Positions 16,235-26,022 of a DNA stretch of 40,659 bases are shown piece after piece; the stretch's first letter is position 1, and each line of letters begins with the position of its first letter. The stretch covers positions 1 through 40,659 of IMG/VR virus record IMGVR_UViG_3300048848_000255; one strand, written 5' to 3'. A program made the position numbers and the translations under genes. The notes below the pieces were generated by a model. That model was given only the letters and a program-made list of their open reading frames with translations, was not told the DNA's origin and ran no database searches. This DNA is from a virus (Duplodnaviria; Caudoviricetes).

Positions 16235-17764
16235 ATGTTGTTTCGCGTCATTCCGTGGAACGGAAACCTTCCGACTTCTGGCAACAATGAAGTCTATCTT
16301 AGAATTGACCGATGGAACGACTACTCATTCGTTACGATGTTCCAAGTCTATTTATTTGATGAAATCGGTAAGTTAATAGAACTTGGCAGTGTAAAGATTG
16401 GGTTTTCCGGGCAGACCACTGACACCGCCACCCATATTGCATTAGGTCAAAGCTTCACTTCCCTTCCATCGCCATTCTTTTCCCTCGGCACGGACGTATC
16501 TTATTATCGGAAACTCGGAACTGAGGTTGGGCCGGTAGTCAGAGAATCGTACTGCCAAGCGCTGAGGGACGTGGTCTTCGACGAGAAATCGTTTGAAGTG
16601 GCAACAGGTGAACAAGTTTTCAAAACATCTCTACTTAGAGATAGTAGTTTGTCAGCTATACATGGACAATACAAACGCGTTCTGGCCGGGGGCGTTCCAC
16701 TGACAGACTTCATATTTCACTACAAGATTCCGCAATCCCATGATTTTGGCGGCTTAGAACTGCAAGTAGAGGTCACAGCAAATTCAAAGCCAAGGACCAA
16801 CGTTCATGCGATCATCGGTCGCAACGGAGTTGGGAAGACGACCATACTGAATGATATGATTTCGGCCGCAATCGACCCTGAGCGCGCACGTGGCAACTTT
16901 ATGGCTAGATCAATCTTCACCGATACTCCGATTGGCGACGATTACTTTAGCAGCGTCATATCCATATCGTTCAGCGCCTTTGACCCGTTTGACCCGCCAC
17001 GAGATCGACCGGATCCGGAATCTGGACCAGCTTACCATTACATTGGCCTGAAAGACACCGAAGGCGACGCACACACGAACCTCAAAGGCTTACCTAGGCT
17101 GCATGGCGAGATTGCTGGAAGCCTGCGCAAGGTGTTCAGCGAAACTGCGTCTCGCGAAAGGTGGGTCGCAGCGATCAAGACGCTTGAGTCTGACGAAAAT
17201 TTTGCCGCGATGAACCTAACCGACCTGTTAATGTACAACGGCGACTTCGACCAGAATGTGTTCCGTACTCTCAGAAGGATGAGTTCAGGCCACACGATTG
17301 CCATGTTAATCATGGCTCGACTTGTAGAAACTGTCCAAGAGAAAGCTTTGGTCCTTATCGACGAGCCGGAAAGTCACCTCCACCCTCCTTTGCTATCGGC
17401 GCTGACGAGATCCATAAGTGATCTTTTGTTTAATCGTAACGGAGTGGCTATCGTCGCCACGCACTCACCAGTCGTCTTACAAGAAGTTCCTCGGTCCTGT
17501 GTTTGGAAGATAACAAGGTCCAAATTGGCGGTGGCATTATCTCGACCTGAGATGGAGACATTCGGTGAGAATGTTGGAACTCTGACACGTGAAGTTTTCG
17601 GCTTGGAGGTGAGCAAATCAGGTTTTCATTCATTACTTGCTTCCGAGGTGAATTTGGGGCGAAGCTTTAATGAAGTACTAGAAGATTATTCCGGTCAGCT
17701 TGGCTTCGAAGCGCAAGCGATCTTGCAGGCGATGATAACTCAACGAGATCTGAAAGCGTCCTAA
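16235..17764 (+). CDS. ABC/AAA-type ATPase, Septu PtuA-like anti-phage component
   Basis: Walker A GRNGVGKT, signature MSSGH, Walker B/D-loop LIDEPESHLHP, H-loop ATHSP; AT-richer than the flanks. Confidence 0.8.
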   Translation: MLFRVIPWNGNLPTSGNNEVYLRIDRWNDYSFVTMFQVYLFDEIGKLIELGSVKIGFSGQTTDTATHIALGQSFTSLPSPFFSLGTDVSYYRKLGTEVGPVVRESYCQALRDVVFDEKSFEVATGEQVFKTSLLRDSSLSAIHGQYKRVLAGGVPLTDFIFHYKIPQSHDFGGLELQVEVTANSKPRTNVHAIIGRNGVGKTTILNDMISAAIDPERARGNFMARSIFTDTPIGDDYFSSVISISFSAFDPFDPPRDRPDPESGPAYHYIGLKDTEGDAHTNLKGLPRLHGEIAGSLRKVFSETASRERWVAAIKTLESDENFAAMNLTDLLMYNGDFDQNVFRTLRRMSSGHTIAMLIMARLVETVQEKALVLIDEPESHLHPPLLSALTRSISDLLFNRNGVAIVATHSPVVLQEVPRSCVWKITRSKLAVALSRPEMETFGENVGTLTREVFGLEVSKSGFHSLLASEVNLGRSFNEVLEDYSGQLGFEAQAILQAMITQRDLKAS

Positions 17765-17768
17765 GGTC

Positions 17769-18623
17769 ATGCGGCGGTTAGATGTTCCACTCAACGACCC
17801 AGGCCTGCTTTTCGACGCATGCGTGGCGGAGCTCTCAGACCCAGCAAGCGAGGCCAGATTTGCTGCCGAGAAAGCCAATGTAGTAGGTGCTTACGCGCTA
17901 TACGATGTCGCCTCGGCTGCTAGATCTTGGCATGCTCTGCCCCGCTGCAGAAGAGGCGAGCCAGATCAAGTTGTCGTAGGAACTCTAACGAAAGGGGAAA
18001 TCAGGGCCTTATATTCAGAGTGCATGGTTGCGTCACGCGGCCCCGCTCGCGATGCTTATGATAGCATATTGGTCGCTGCCGCAGGGCGATGCCCTTATTG
18101 CGGCGGCATCGGACACGCGGCAACTCTCGACCACTATTTGCCCAAGGCTTATTTCCCAACCTATGCGGTTAAACCTCAGAATCTCATTCCGAGTTGCCAA
18201 GACTGTAACAAAGGACTTGGCTCATCATTTCCAACTACAGCCAACAAGCAATCGCTCAACCCATATTACGACGATGCTAAATTTTTCAACGAAAGGTGGA
18301 TCAAGATAGAGTTCTTTAGTAATAGTATTTACAAGTTTCGGTACAAGGTTGAACCACCGCTCGGGTGGTCAAACATAGATAAAGATCGAGCGCTGTCCCA
18401 CTTCGATGCATTTAAGTTAGAGAATCGTTATGCCGTAGAAGCAGCAGCTGAGATAACTAATGTACTCTTTCTTAAATCAACATTAGGGGCCGGCTACACG
18501 CCTGATAACATGGAAAGAATAATTGATGTACAAGCACGATCTCCGGCTTTTGATCTTAATGGGTGGAGACGTACATTTTACGAGGGGCTAAAAGCAGAAA
18601 GATGGTTTTTTGAAAATATTTGA
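17769..18623 (+). CDS. HNH endonuclease, Septu PtuB-like
   Basis: CPYCG...TLDHYLPK..FP....NLIPSCQDCNKG, LNPYYD; starts 4 nt after the ATPase stop. Confidence 0.82.
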   Translation: MRRLDVPLNDPGLLFDACVAELSDPASEARFAAEKANVVGAYALYDVASAARSWHALPRCRRGEPDQVVVGTLTKGEIRALYSECMVASRGPARDAYDSILVAAAGRCPYCGGIGHAATLDHYLPKAYFPTYAVKPQNLIPSCQDCNKGLGSSFPTTANKQSLNPYYDDAKFFNERWIKIEFFSNSIYKFRYKVEPPLGWSNIDKDRALSHFDAFKLENRYAVEAAAEITNVLFLKSTLGAGYTPDNMERIIDVQARSPAFDLNGWRRTFYEGLKAERWFFENI

Positions 18624-18703
18624 TCATCTCTAGAAGCAACACGGCATTATAGACTATGTTCTTGCAACCGCTTTCTTACAGGCGTTGCTGAATGCGTAAT
18701 CAT

Positions 18704-18723
18704 CGGGACAGCCGCTCTACCCG
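18704..18723 (+). promoter_or_regulatory. Late-promoter activator site CGGG-N12-CCCG upstream of J
   Basis: CGGGACAGCCGCTCTACCCG, 46 nt before ATG 18770. Confidence 0.7.
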
Positions 18724-18769
18724 CTGCCCGGCGTAGCCGGGCCGCCCTCGCATCAGCGACATGGCCGGC

Positions 18770-19663
18770 ATGGCTGGCCCCACCTACACCGCTGTCGATC
18801 TATCGCGCCTGCCCGCGCCGGACATTATCGAGCCGCTCGACTTCGAAGCGGTCTACGCTGACGCCGTCGCGCAGCTGCAGCTGCTGTGGCCGGAGTTTGA
18901 GGCGCGCGACAGCGACCCGGTCGCCAAGCTGCTGCAGACTTTCGCCTACCTCGCCCAGCTGCTGCGCCAGCGGGTCAACGATGCCGCCCGCGCCGTCATG
19001 CCCGCCTTCGCCGTCGGTTCGGACCTCGACAACATTGCCGCATCCTTCGGCATCGCACGCCTGCTGATCACGCCGGCCGATCCGCAGCTCGGCCTGCCGG
19101 CGGTGATGGAGAGCGATGCCGACTTCCGCCGGCGCATGGTGCTGGCGCCCGAAGGCTATTCGGTGGCAGGTCCTGAAGGTGCCTATGTCTTCCATGCGCT
19201 GTCAGCGGATGGCGACGTGCTGGACGCCAGCGCCACCAGCCCCTCTCCCGGCGCCGTGCTGGTGTCTGTGCTGGCGCGCGCGGGCGACGGCACCGCTTCG
19301 CCGGCGCTGCTGGACGCGGTCGCGACCTATGTGTCGGACGAGACGCGCCGCCCCCTGACGGATTTCGTCACCGTCCGGTCGGCCGAGATCGTGCGCTACG
19401 CCGTCGACGCGACGATCACCACCTTCAGCGGTCCCGATGCCGGCGTGGTGCTGGCTAACGCCCGTGCGGGATTGGACGCCTATGTGGCCGAGAGCCACCG
19501 CATGGGCCGCGACGTCACCCGTTCCGGCCTGTTCAGCGCCATCCACGTCGAAGGCGTGCAGAACGTCGACCTGGCCTCGCCGGCCGACGACATCGTCATC
19601 GGCCGCACGCAGGCGCCGCACTGCACCGGCATCACGCTGACCCATACGGGCACCGGCGAGTGA
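18770..19663 (+). CDS. J: Baseplate protein J
   Basis: VDLSRLPAPDIIEPLDFE, RQRVNDAARAVM, ESDADFRRR, SVAGPEGAY, RPLTDFV. Confidence 0.95.
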   Translation: MAGPTYTAVDLSRLPAPDIIEPLDFEAVYADAVAQLQLLWPEFEARDSDPVAKLLQTFAYLAQLLRQRVNDAARAVMPAFAVGSDLDNIAASFGIARLLITPADPQLGLPAVMESDADFRRRMVLAPEGYSVAGPEGAYVFHALSADGDVLDASATSPSPGAVLVSVLARAGDGTASPALLDAVATYVSDETRRPLTDFVTVRSAEIVRYAVDATITTFSGPDAGVVLANARAGLDAYVAESHRMGRDVTRSGLFSAIHVEGVQNVDLASPADDIVIGRTQAPHCTGITLTHTGTGE

Positions 19664-20211
19664 CCTATCCGTCCATCCTGCCGCCCGGCTCCACCCCGCT
19701 GGAGCGCGCGCTCGAACAGGTCGCCGCGCGCCTGCTGGACATGCCCACGCCGATCCGATCGGTCCGCTCGGCCGACACCTGCCCGATCGCGCTGCTGCCA
19801 TGGGAGGCCTGGGGTCGCTCGCTCGACAATTGGTCTGCCAGCTGGAGCGAGCCGGTCAAGCGCGAGCGCGTGCGCCAGGCGATCCCGATCGCCCGGCAGA
19901 AGGGCACCGCGGCGGCCGTGCGCTCCGTTGTGCAAAGCCTCGGCGGTTCGGTGGCGATCCGCGAGTGGTGGCAGATGGAGCCGCCGGGCGAGCCGCACAC
20001 CTTCGAGCTGGTGCTGAACCTGGAACGCGAGGGCGTGCCGGCGTCTGCCGCCTTCGTCGATCAGGTCATCGCCGAAGTTGCCCGCGCCAAGCCGGCGCGC
20101 AGCCACTTCAATTTCACCCAGGGGCTTAACTCGCGTGGCGGCATCGGCCTCGCCGCCGTCGCACGCCCTTCGATCTACGCCCGCCTGTCCTGCCTGGCAG
20201 CGGCGGCCTGA
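19660..20211 (+). CDS. I: Baseplate/tail protein I
   Basis: ILPPGSTPLERAL, CPIALLPWEAW, KGTAAAVR, EWWQ..P.GEPHTF, AKPARSH. Confidence 0.95.
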   Translation: MTYPSILPPGSTPLERALEQVAARLLDMPTPIRSVRSADTCPIALLPWEAWGRSLDNWSASWSEPVKRERVRQAIPIARQKGTAAAVRSVVQSLGGSVAIREWWQMEPPGEPHTFELVLNLEREGVPASAAFVDQVIAEVARAKPARSHFNFTQGLNSRGGIGLAAVARPSIYARLSCLAAAA

Positions 20212-20222
20212 CAGGAGCATCC

Positions 20223-21764
20223 ATGGCCCTCACCCTGATCGTCACCGATGCCGGCCGCGCCGCCCTGGTCAACGCCAGCAACTCCGGCACCGCAGCCGTT
20301 ACCATCGCGCATGTCGGCGTCTCCGCCAGCGGGGTCGCGCCTAGCAGGACCGCCGCCGCATTGCCGGGCGAGATCAAGCGCATCGCCACCCTTTCCGGCG
20401 ACGTGGTCGCGGCGGACACCATCCACCTGATCGTGCGCGACGAAAGCAACGATGCCTACAGGCTACGCAGCTTCGCGCTCTACCTGGCGGACGGCACCCT
20501 GTTCGCCATCTACGGACAGCCGGATGTCATCCTGGAGAAATCGTCGCAGGCGCTGATGCTGCTGGCGATCGACGTCCAGTTTCCCGACATCGCCGCCACG
20601 CAGCTTACCTTCGGTGACACCAACTTCCTCAATCCCCCTGCCACGACTGAACGGCAGGGGGTGGTTGAGCTGGCGACGGTCGCCGAAGCGCGGGCCGGTG
20701 CCGACGCGCTGCGCGCACTGACGCCCGCCGCTGCGAAGGCGGCGATCCTGGGCTGGCTGCTTGGGCAGGATGGATCCGGGTCCGGTCTGGATGCCGACCT
20801 GCTCGATGGCCAGCAGGGCAGCTGGTATGCCAATATCCCGCAGCGGCTCGGCTACAGCCCCGCCAACGCCGGCGGCCAGATCTTCGGCGGTCCGGTCGGC
20901 CGTGCGCCGTCCTTCTACCTCGATATGCTCGGTGACAATCCAATCATCGTGTTCTCGCCGAGCGCGAACATCACGCAGGGCCGCGCGCTCGAAGAACTCT
21001 GGTTCACGCTTGGTGGCAGCATCCGCCATACGATGACGAAGGACGCGCTGGTCATCGGCGGCAACGCCGCCTGGCACGCGGGCAATGATGGGTCGGGCTC
21101 GGGCCTGGATGCCGACCTGCTCGATGGCCAGCAGGGCAGCTGGTATGCGAACATCCCCCAGCGGCTCGGCTTCAGCCCCGCCAACGCCGGCGGCCAGATC
21201 TTCGGCGGCCCGGTGGGGCGTGCGCCCTCCTTCTATCTCGATATGCTCGGGGACAATCCAATCATCGTGTTCTCGCCGAGCGCGAACATCACGCAGGGCC
21301 GCGCGCTCGAAGAACTCTGGTTCACGCTTGGTGGCAGCATCCGGCACACGATGACGAAGGACGCGCTGGTTATCGGCGGCAACATCGCCTGGCACGCGGG
21401 CAATGACGGGTCCGGCTCCGGCTTGGACGCCGATATGGTCGATGGCTTCGACGCTTCGGCCTTCCTCCGCGACGTCGGCAGCTCGTTCGGCGAGAACGGC
21501 TATCTGCGCCTCAGCAACGGGCTGATCCTGCAATGGGGCACGATCGCCGGCACGTTCGCCGCGCACCAAGACATCTACGTGACCTTCCCCATCCGCTTCC
21601 CCAGCGCGACGCTCAGCCTTGTAGGCGCCAACAGCGACGTGGCGGCGCAGGCATCGGCCGTGGTCGGCTTCAACTACTCGCCGCCGCCCGGCCCGGACGG
21701 CTTCAACTTCCGCACCAGCGTATCGGGTCAAAACCGGCTCAATTGGTTCGCCATCGGGTTCTGA
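20223..21764 (+). CDS. H: Tail fibre protein H with two 106-aa repeats
   Basis: N-terminal baseplate anchor (TDAGRAAL, DGTLFAIY, NPPATTERQGVVELAT), three DGSGSGLDAD(L/M)(L/V)DG motifs, C-terminal NGYLRLSNGLILQWG...FPIRFP domain. Confidence 0.9.
   Translation: MALTLIVTDAGRAALVNASNSGTAAVTIAHVGVSASGVAPSRTAAALPGEIKRIATLSGDVVAADTIHLIVRDESNDAYRLRSFALYLADGTLFAIYGQPDVILEKSSQALMLLAIDVQFPDIAATQLTFGDTNFLNPPATTERQGVVELATVAEARAGADALRALTPAAAKAAILGWLLGQDGSGSGLDADLLDGQQGSWYANIPQRLGYSPANAGGQIFGGPVGRAPSFYLDMLGDNPIIVFSPSANITQGRALEELWFTLGGSIRHTMTKDALVIGGNAAWHAGNDGSGSGLDADLLDGQQGSWYANIPQRLGFSPANAGGQIFGGPVGRAPSFYLDMLGDNPIIVFSPSANITQGRALEELWFTLGGSIRHTMTKDALVIGGNIAWHAGNDGSGSGLDADMVDGFDASAFLRDVGSSFGENGYLRLSNGLILQWGTIAGTFAAHQDIYVTFPIRFPSATLSLVGANSDVAAQASAVVGFNYSPPPGPDGFNFRTSVSGQNRLNWFAIGF
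20790..21446 (+). repeat. 318-bp tandem repeat (2 copies plus the start of a third) inside the tail fibre gene
   Basis: Units begin at 20790, 21108 and 21426; mostly synonymous differences and an identical central block. Confidence 0.9.
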
Positions 21765-21775
21765 GGGGTCAGCAC

Positions 21776-22156
21776 ATGCTCTATTTTTCCGCCAGCTCGG
21801 GCGGGTTCTATGACGACCAGCTCCACGCAACTCTGCCGGGCGATGCGGTGAAGGTATCGCGGGAGAGGCACGGAGAATTGCTCTGCGCTCAATCCGCCGG
21901 GCTGATGATCGTCGCGGATGGCAACGGCGCGCCTGTCGCCGTCCCCCGCCCCGGCCCGACACCGGCGGACATGGGTGCCGATCTACGCAAGCAGCGCGAT
22001 GCGCTGCTGACCGCCTCGGACTGGACGCAGATGCCTGACGCACCTCTGACCAAGGCCGAACGCGACACCTGGCGCGCCTATCGCAAGGCGCTTCGCGATC
22101 TGCCCGCAACCACTCCCGATCTCGCCGCCGTCGTGTGGCCGGTCGCGCCTGCCTGA
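21776..22156 (+). CDS. Tail fibre assembly chaperone
   Basis: YFSASSGGFY...LPGDAVKVS; LRKQRDALLTASDWTQMPDAPL...WRAYRKALRDLP...WPVAP. Confidence 0.85.
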   Translation: MLYFSASSGGFYDDQLHATLPGDAVKVSRERHGELLCAQSAGLMIVADGNGAPVAVPRPGPTPADMGADLRKQRDALLTASDWTQMPDAPLTKAERDTWRAYRKALRDLPATTPDLAAVVWPVAPA

Positions 22157-22168
22157 AAGGACACGAAC

Positions 22169-22405
22169 ATGACCATCGCCACCACCATCGACGGCTATGA
22201 TGAAAGCACGCGCACCGTCGCTGTCACCTTCACCAACGGCGAGATCGTGCACAAGCGCAGGGTGAACGCCGTGCTGGCCGAACATGGCGGCTATGACGAA
22301 GCCGCCACCGCCGTCCGGGTCGAGGAAGTCGCCCGCGGCGTCGCCGTGAAGATCGGCCTTGGCGTCATCGCCGCCCCCTCCATCGACACGGACGAAGAGG
22401 TCTAA
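22169..22405 (+). CDS. Small phage hypothetical protein
   Basis: AAGGA RBS; co-oriented within the tail operon; host-like codon use. Confidence 0.7.
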   Translation: MTIATTIDGYDESTRTVAVTFTNGEIVHKRRVNAVLAEHGGYDEAATAVRVEEVARGVAVKIGLGVIAAPSIDTDEEV

Positions 22406-22410
22406 GCACC

Positions 22411-25400
22411 ATGGCATTCCGTCACGGCATCACCGTTACCGAGATCCCGTCCGGCATGGCCGGCGGCGGCTCCCCCAGCGCCCCGAACATCACCAGCGTC
22501 GATCCCGGCGGCAGCTTCCCCGAAGGGCAGGCCGTCGCCGGCAGGCTCACTGCCACCGTCCCGGTGACCTGGAGCGTGATCGGCACGGACGCGGGGAAGG
22601 TCACGCTGGATGCGACCACCGGCGCATGGTCGCTGGAGCCGACCAATCACGGGGTCAAGGCGAGCTACGCATGGACCTTCATCGCGACGGATGCGACCGG
22701 ACAGACGGACCAGCAGCCGGTGACGATCGCCATCACCGATGTCGTCAGCGTCACGCTGGCCGCGCTGACGCTGTCCGCTTCCGTCCTGGCCGAAGGTGCC
22801 GCACCGGGCGCCACGGTCGGAACCCTGCAGGCGATCAGCAGTGGATCCACGCTGTTGCTCATGGCTAATGCCGGCGGCCGCTTCCAGCTTGACGGCACCG
22901 CCATCCAGGCCGGGCCGACCGCGACCGATTACGAGACCGGCGCACTGCACCAGGTGACCGTGCGCGAGACGCATCCGGACGCGCCTGCGCCCGGCTACCG
23001 CGACACCACCCTGACGATCGCCATCGGCAATGTCGCCGAGCAGCCTGCGCTGGGTGCACTGCTGCTCAGCACCACCAGCCTCACCAGCGGCCAGCTGGTC
23101 ACGATCAACATCACGGGCGCGACCGCCGGCAGCACGATCACGGTTGCCAGCGGTGCGCTCAATGCAGGCCTGGCGCTCAACAGTGCGGCGCGGACCATCA
23201 CCGGCACTCCGACCGCGCTGGGCAAGGTGGACTTCGAGCTGAACGAAGCCCTGCCCGATAGCCCGACGCCCAACCGCAGGTCGCCGCTCTCGCTGACCGT
23301 CACGGCAGCGGCACCCGCGCCGGCGCTGACGCTGACCGGCCCGCTGGCCTATGAGGCCGATGCGGCTGCGGGCACCACCGTGGCGAACATCGGCAACGTC
23401 CCTGCGGGCTCCACGCCGACGATCACGCCGAACGATGGGCGGTTGGCCGTCGCCGGCAACGCCGCGGATGGCTGGCGCGTGGTCAAGGGTCTGACCGCTT
23501 CTGCCGCTGGCACCTTCAACCTCACCGCGGCCGCTGCCGGCGCCACTTCCGCAACGGCCGCGGTGACCGTCACCGCCGCCGCTGCCACGGGCTGGGCGAT
23601 GGGCCTCGCCCGCACCCCGGCCTATGTGCCGCAATGGACTCGCCCGGCCACGATCGCGGCGGGCAAGGCCAACGGCTCGATCCCGGCCGATGCGATCGAG
23701 TTCGAGACGGGCAACAATGGCGGACCGTTCAGCGCCGACGCAGCAGGCTGGGCGGCCTTCATGGATGCGTGCAACGCGGCCGACAAGCCGGGAGCGATCC
23801 AGACGCCGCTGCCTGCGCTGACCGGCGTAGCCCGCAAGTATCTGTACCGGGGCCTTTACGGCGCTGGTCCGCAGGATGTGCTGATCAAGCGAACCGATCG
23901 GACGACCGGCACCCGCACCTCCCTGTGGATGGTCTGGAAGAACAAGCCGATCATCCGCGGCATCGAGTTCGACAGCCATGCCGGCATCATCGGTGTCACC
24001 TATCCGCGGCATCGCCTGGCCAAGGTGGAGAAGGTCAACGACGTAGACACCTGGCTCTCCCACGGGAACCCGTACTTCACCAGCACCGAACCGACCCAGC
24101 AGTCATTCGGTGCTGTTGCGACGACGTTCCCGGTCGGGCAGCTGGGCACGATCATCCTCAACGGCAACGTGAACATCACCGGGCTGAGCGTTGTCTACCA
24201 GCGGGCAACCACCGTCGACGTTGGACAGCCTGACCCGACGGGTCCGCGCATGACGGCGAAGATCCTGGACACGGATTGGTATGCTGAATGCGAGACGGTT
24301 CAGCTGTTCGCGGCCGGGCAGGCCGCCTGCACTACCCATGCCCAGGTGCGCGATGCGATCAATGCCAACAGTGCCGCGACTGGCTACCTGGCGGAACTGA
24401 ACGACGCCGGCCAGGTCCGCCTGACACACGACAGCGTTACGCTGCCCCGGGCGCCTGACGAGATCAATGCCGCTTACAGTGGCAGCGGAACCGTCTCGAC
24501 TTACAACCGCACGCCTGATTTCGACCTGAGCCACAACACGCTGACGGACTGCAATCAGGGCTATGGCGCGGTGCTGGACGCGCTGGAGCTCGGCTTCGTC
24601 ACGATCTGCAACAACAAGTGCCCTGGCACCTGGAACCTGCTGTCCGCGCCGGTCCTGCGGTGGTCTGGACTCCATGCGGCAGGCAACCACTGGTCCGATT
24701 GCATGCTGACCCGGCCGACTGCGGTGGGTCGCACCAACAGCCGCTTGCCGCGCGGGTCAAGTCTGACCGGACACAACACCCTGTTGTGGCTCGGCAACGA
24801 TAGCAACGCCCGCATGCGCTACCACGGCGCGATGGGCGGGAATATCTGCCTGATCGAGAACAACCAGGTGGAGAACGTCGAGAGCGCCAACGACACCGAC
24901 ACGGTGAACGCGGCGGTGCTGGCTGACATTCGCAACGCCTGGCAGAACACCGCGCTGGGGCGGATCGTGCGTCGAGCTTACAACCACGTCGTCCACCTGG
25001 TCGGCGTGGTCGGACCGATCGACTGCAACGTCTTCTACAGCAAGGATCGCGGCGGCTCCTACGTCGCGAACTACATGCGGGACTTCGGTGCTGCCTACTA
25101 CGATGCCAATCGCAAGGGCTCGGAAGCTGCTGCCATTCTGAAGAAGAACCCCGGCTCCTACTATTCGACTGTTGCCGGCGTTGCGGCGTTCGGCATTCCC
25201 GGCAACGCAGCGGCGCCGGGCGGTGGAGCCGAGCCGGAACCGATGGTCTACCGAGGCAACACGATGATCGACGGACCGGATGGGACCGCCTGGGTCAAGA
25301 GTGACGAGGACGGCGCCTACACCATCATCGAGCAGAACCTGTTCGATGGCTGGGACAACCAAAAGGCCGGTGTGGATCAGACAGGCGGCAGCACTTCCGG

Positions 25401-25827
25401 CCTGATCCGCGTGACCACCCACCAGTTTGGCGGGCAGGTGAACGGTAATTTCTTCATCCGCTGCAACCCGCGATCGTCGACCAAGCGACTGATCAACTTC
25501 TGGAACATCACCGCCGTCGGTACGCACGATGGAGCGCGCTGGCAGGTGAGCGGGAATCAGTTCCAGCAGACGGACACCGCCTACACCGCCGATACTCCCC
25601 TGGTCACCTACAACGGCACGACGGTGAACAGCCTGCGGTCCAATTTCCGGGTCGGCACCAATCCCATCCTTGATGCTTCTGAGGCGCCAACCGGGTTCAA
25701 GTTCCTGCTGGTCGAGGACAGCAACGCGGTCTTCAACGGCACGCCGGTCGCGCAAGCGCCCCTTTACGGGTCGGCGGACTTCCTTGCAGCATATGGCGTC
25801 GATCCGATGCCGTTGCTGGCAGCCTGA
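22411..25827 (+). CDS. 1138-aa probable virion appendage (cadherin/Ig-like repeats + beta-rich C-terminal domain; possible adhesin or depolymerase)
   Basis: Thr/Ala/Gly/Val-rich beta-sandwich repeats (EGAAPGATVGTL, GRFQLDG, TDYET; putative-Ig motif VASGALNAGLALNSAARTITGTPT); Asn-rich repeats (IENNQVENV, YRGNTMID, IEQNLFDG, VNGNFFIRC, VSGNQF) suggest a beta-helix. Confidence 0.65.
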   Translation: MAFRHGITVTEIPSGMAGGGSPSAPNITSVDPGGSFPEGQAVAGRLTATVPVTWSVIGTDAGKVTLDATTGAWSLEPTNHGVKASYAWTFIATDATGQTDQQPVTIAITDVVSVTLAALTLSASVLAEGAAPGATVGTLQAISSGSTLLLMANAGGRFQLDGTAIQAGPTATDYETGALHQVTVRETHPDAPAPGYRDTTLTIAIGNVAEQPALGALLLSTTSLTSGQLVTINITGATAGSTITVASGALNAGLALNSAARTITGTPTALGKVDFELNEALPDSPTPNRRSPLSLTVTAAAPAPALTLTGPLAYEADAAAGTTVANIGNVPAGSTPTITPNDGRLAVAGNAADGWRVVKGLTASAAGTFNLTAAAAGATSATAAVTVTAAAATGWAMGLARTPAYVPQWTRPATIAAGKANGSIPADAIEFETGNNGGPFSADAAGWAAFMDACNAADKPGAIQTPLPALTGVARKYLYRGLYGAGPQDVLIKRTDRTTGTRTSLWMVWKNKPIIRGIEFDSHAGIIGVTYPRHRLAKVEKVNDVDTWLSHGNPYFTSTEPTQQSFGAVATTFPVGQLGTIILNGNVNITGLSVVYQRATTVDVGQPDPTGPRMTAKILDTDWYAECETVQLFAAGQAACTTHAQVRDAINANSAATGYLAELNDAGQVRLTHDSVTLPRAPDEINAAYSGSGTVSTYNRTPDFDLSHNTLTDCNQGYGAVLDALELGFVTICNNKCPGTWNLLSAPVLRWSGLHAAGNHWSDCMLTRPTAVGRTNSRLPRGSSLTGHNTLLWLGNDSNARMRYHGAMGGNICLIENNQVENVESANDTDTVNAAVLADIRNAWQNTALGRIVRRAYNHVVHLVGVVGPIDCNVFYSKDRGGSYVANYMRDFGAAYYDANRKGSEAAAILKKNPGSYYSTVAGVAAFGIPGNAAAPGGGAEPEPMVYRGNTMIDGPDGTAWVKSDEDGAYTIIEQNLFDGWDNQKAGVDQTGGSTSGLIRVTTHQFGGQVNGNFFIRCNPRSSTKRLINFWNITAVGTHDGARWQVSGNQFQQTDTAYTADTPLVTYNGTTVNSLRSNFRVGTNPILDASEAPTGFKFLLVEDSNAVFNGTPVAQAPLYGSADFLAAYGVDPMPLLAA

Positions 25828-25875
25828 CGGAGACGATCTGGCCGGCAACACGCCCAGCCTTCACGCCAAGCAATT

Positions 25876-26001
25876 CCCCCTTTACGGAAGGGGGTCTCGG
25901 ATGTCCCCACATCCCTGAAACCAGCGAGCCTGCACTCGCACTCTATGGGCAGCGCGCCTGCCCCCATTCGAGTACCCTTCCGCGTCACAGGCGCGGAAGG
26001 G
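25876..26001 (+). promoter_or_regulatory. Five-hairpin structured leader upstream of the adenine methylase
   Basis: CCCCCTT/AAGGGGG, GGATGT/ACATCC, GCGAG/CTCGC, GGGCAG/CTGCCC, CCCTTCCGCG/CGCGGAAGGG. Confidence 0.55.
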
Positions 26002-26022
26002 GCTTCGTGCAGGAACATCATC

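Noticed and set aside
16131-18623. Retron (Ec78/Ec83-type) associated with the PtuAB-like genes
   Set aside because: No RT gene, and the ~100-bp upstream gap shows only a single palindrome, not an msr-msd layout.
20790-21446. Diversity-generating retroelement TR/VR pair in the tail fibre
   Set aside because: No reverse transcriptase in the window; differences are mostly synonymous third-position changes, not adenine-specific; both copies are in-frame within one gene.
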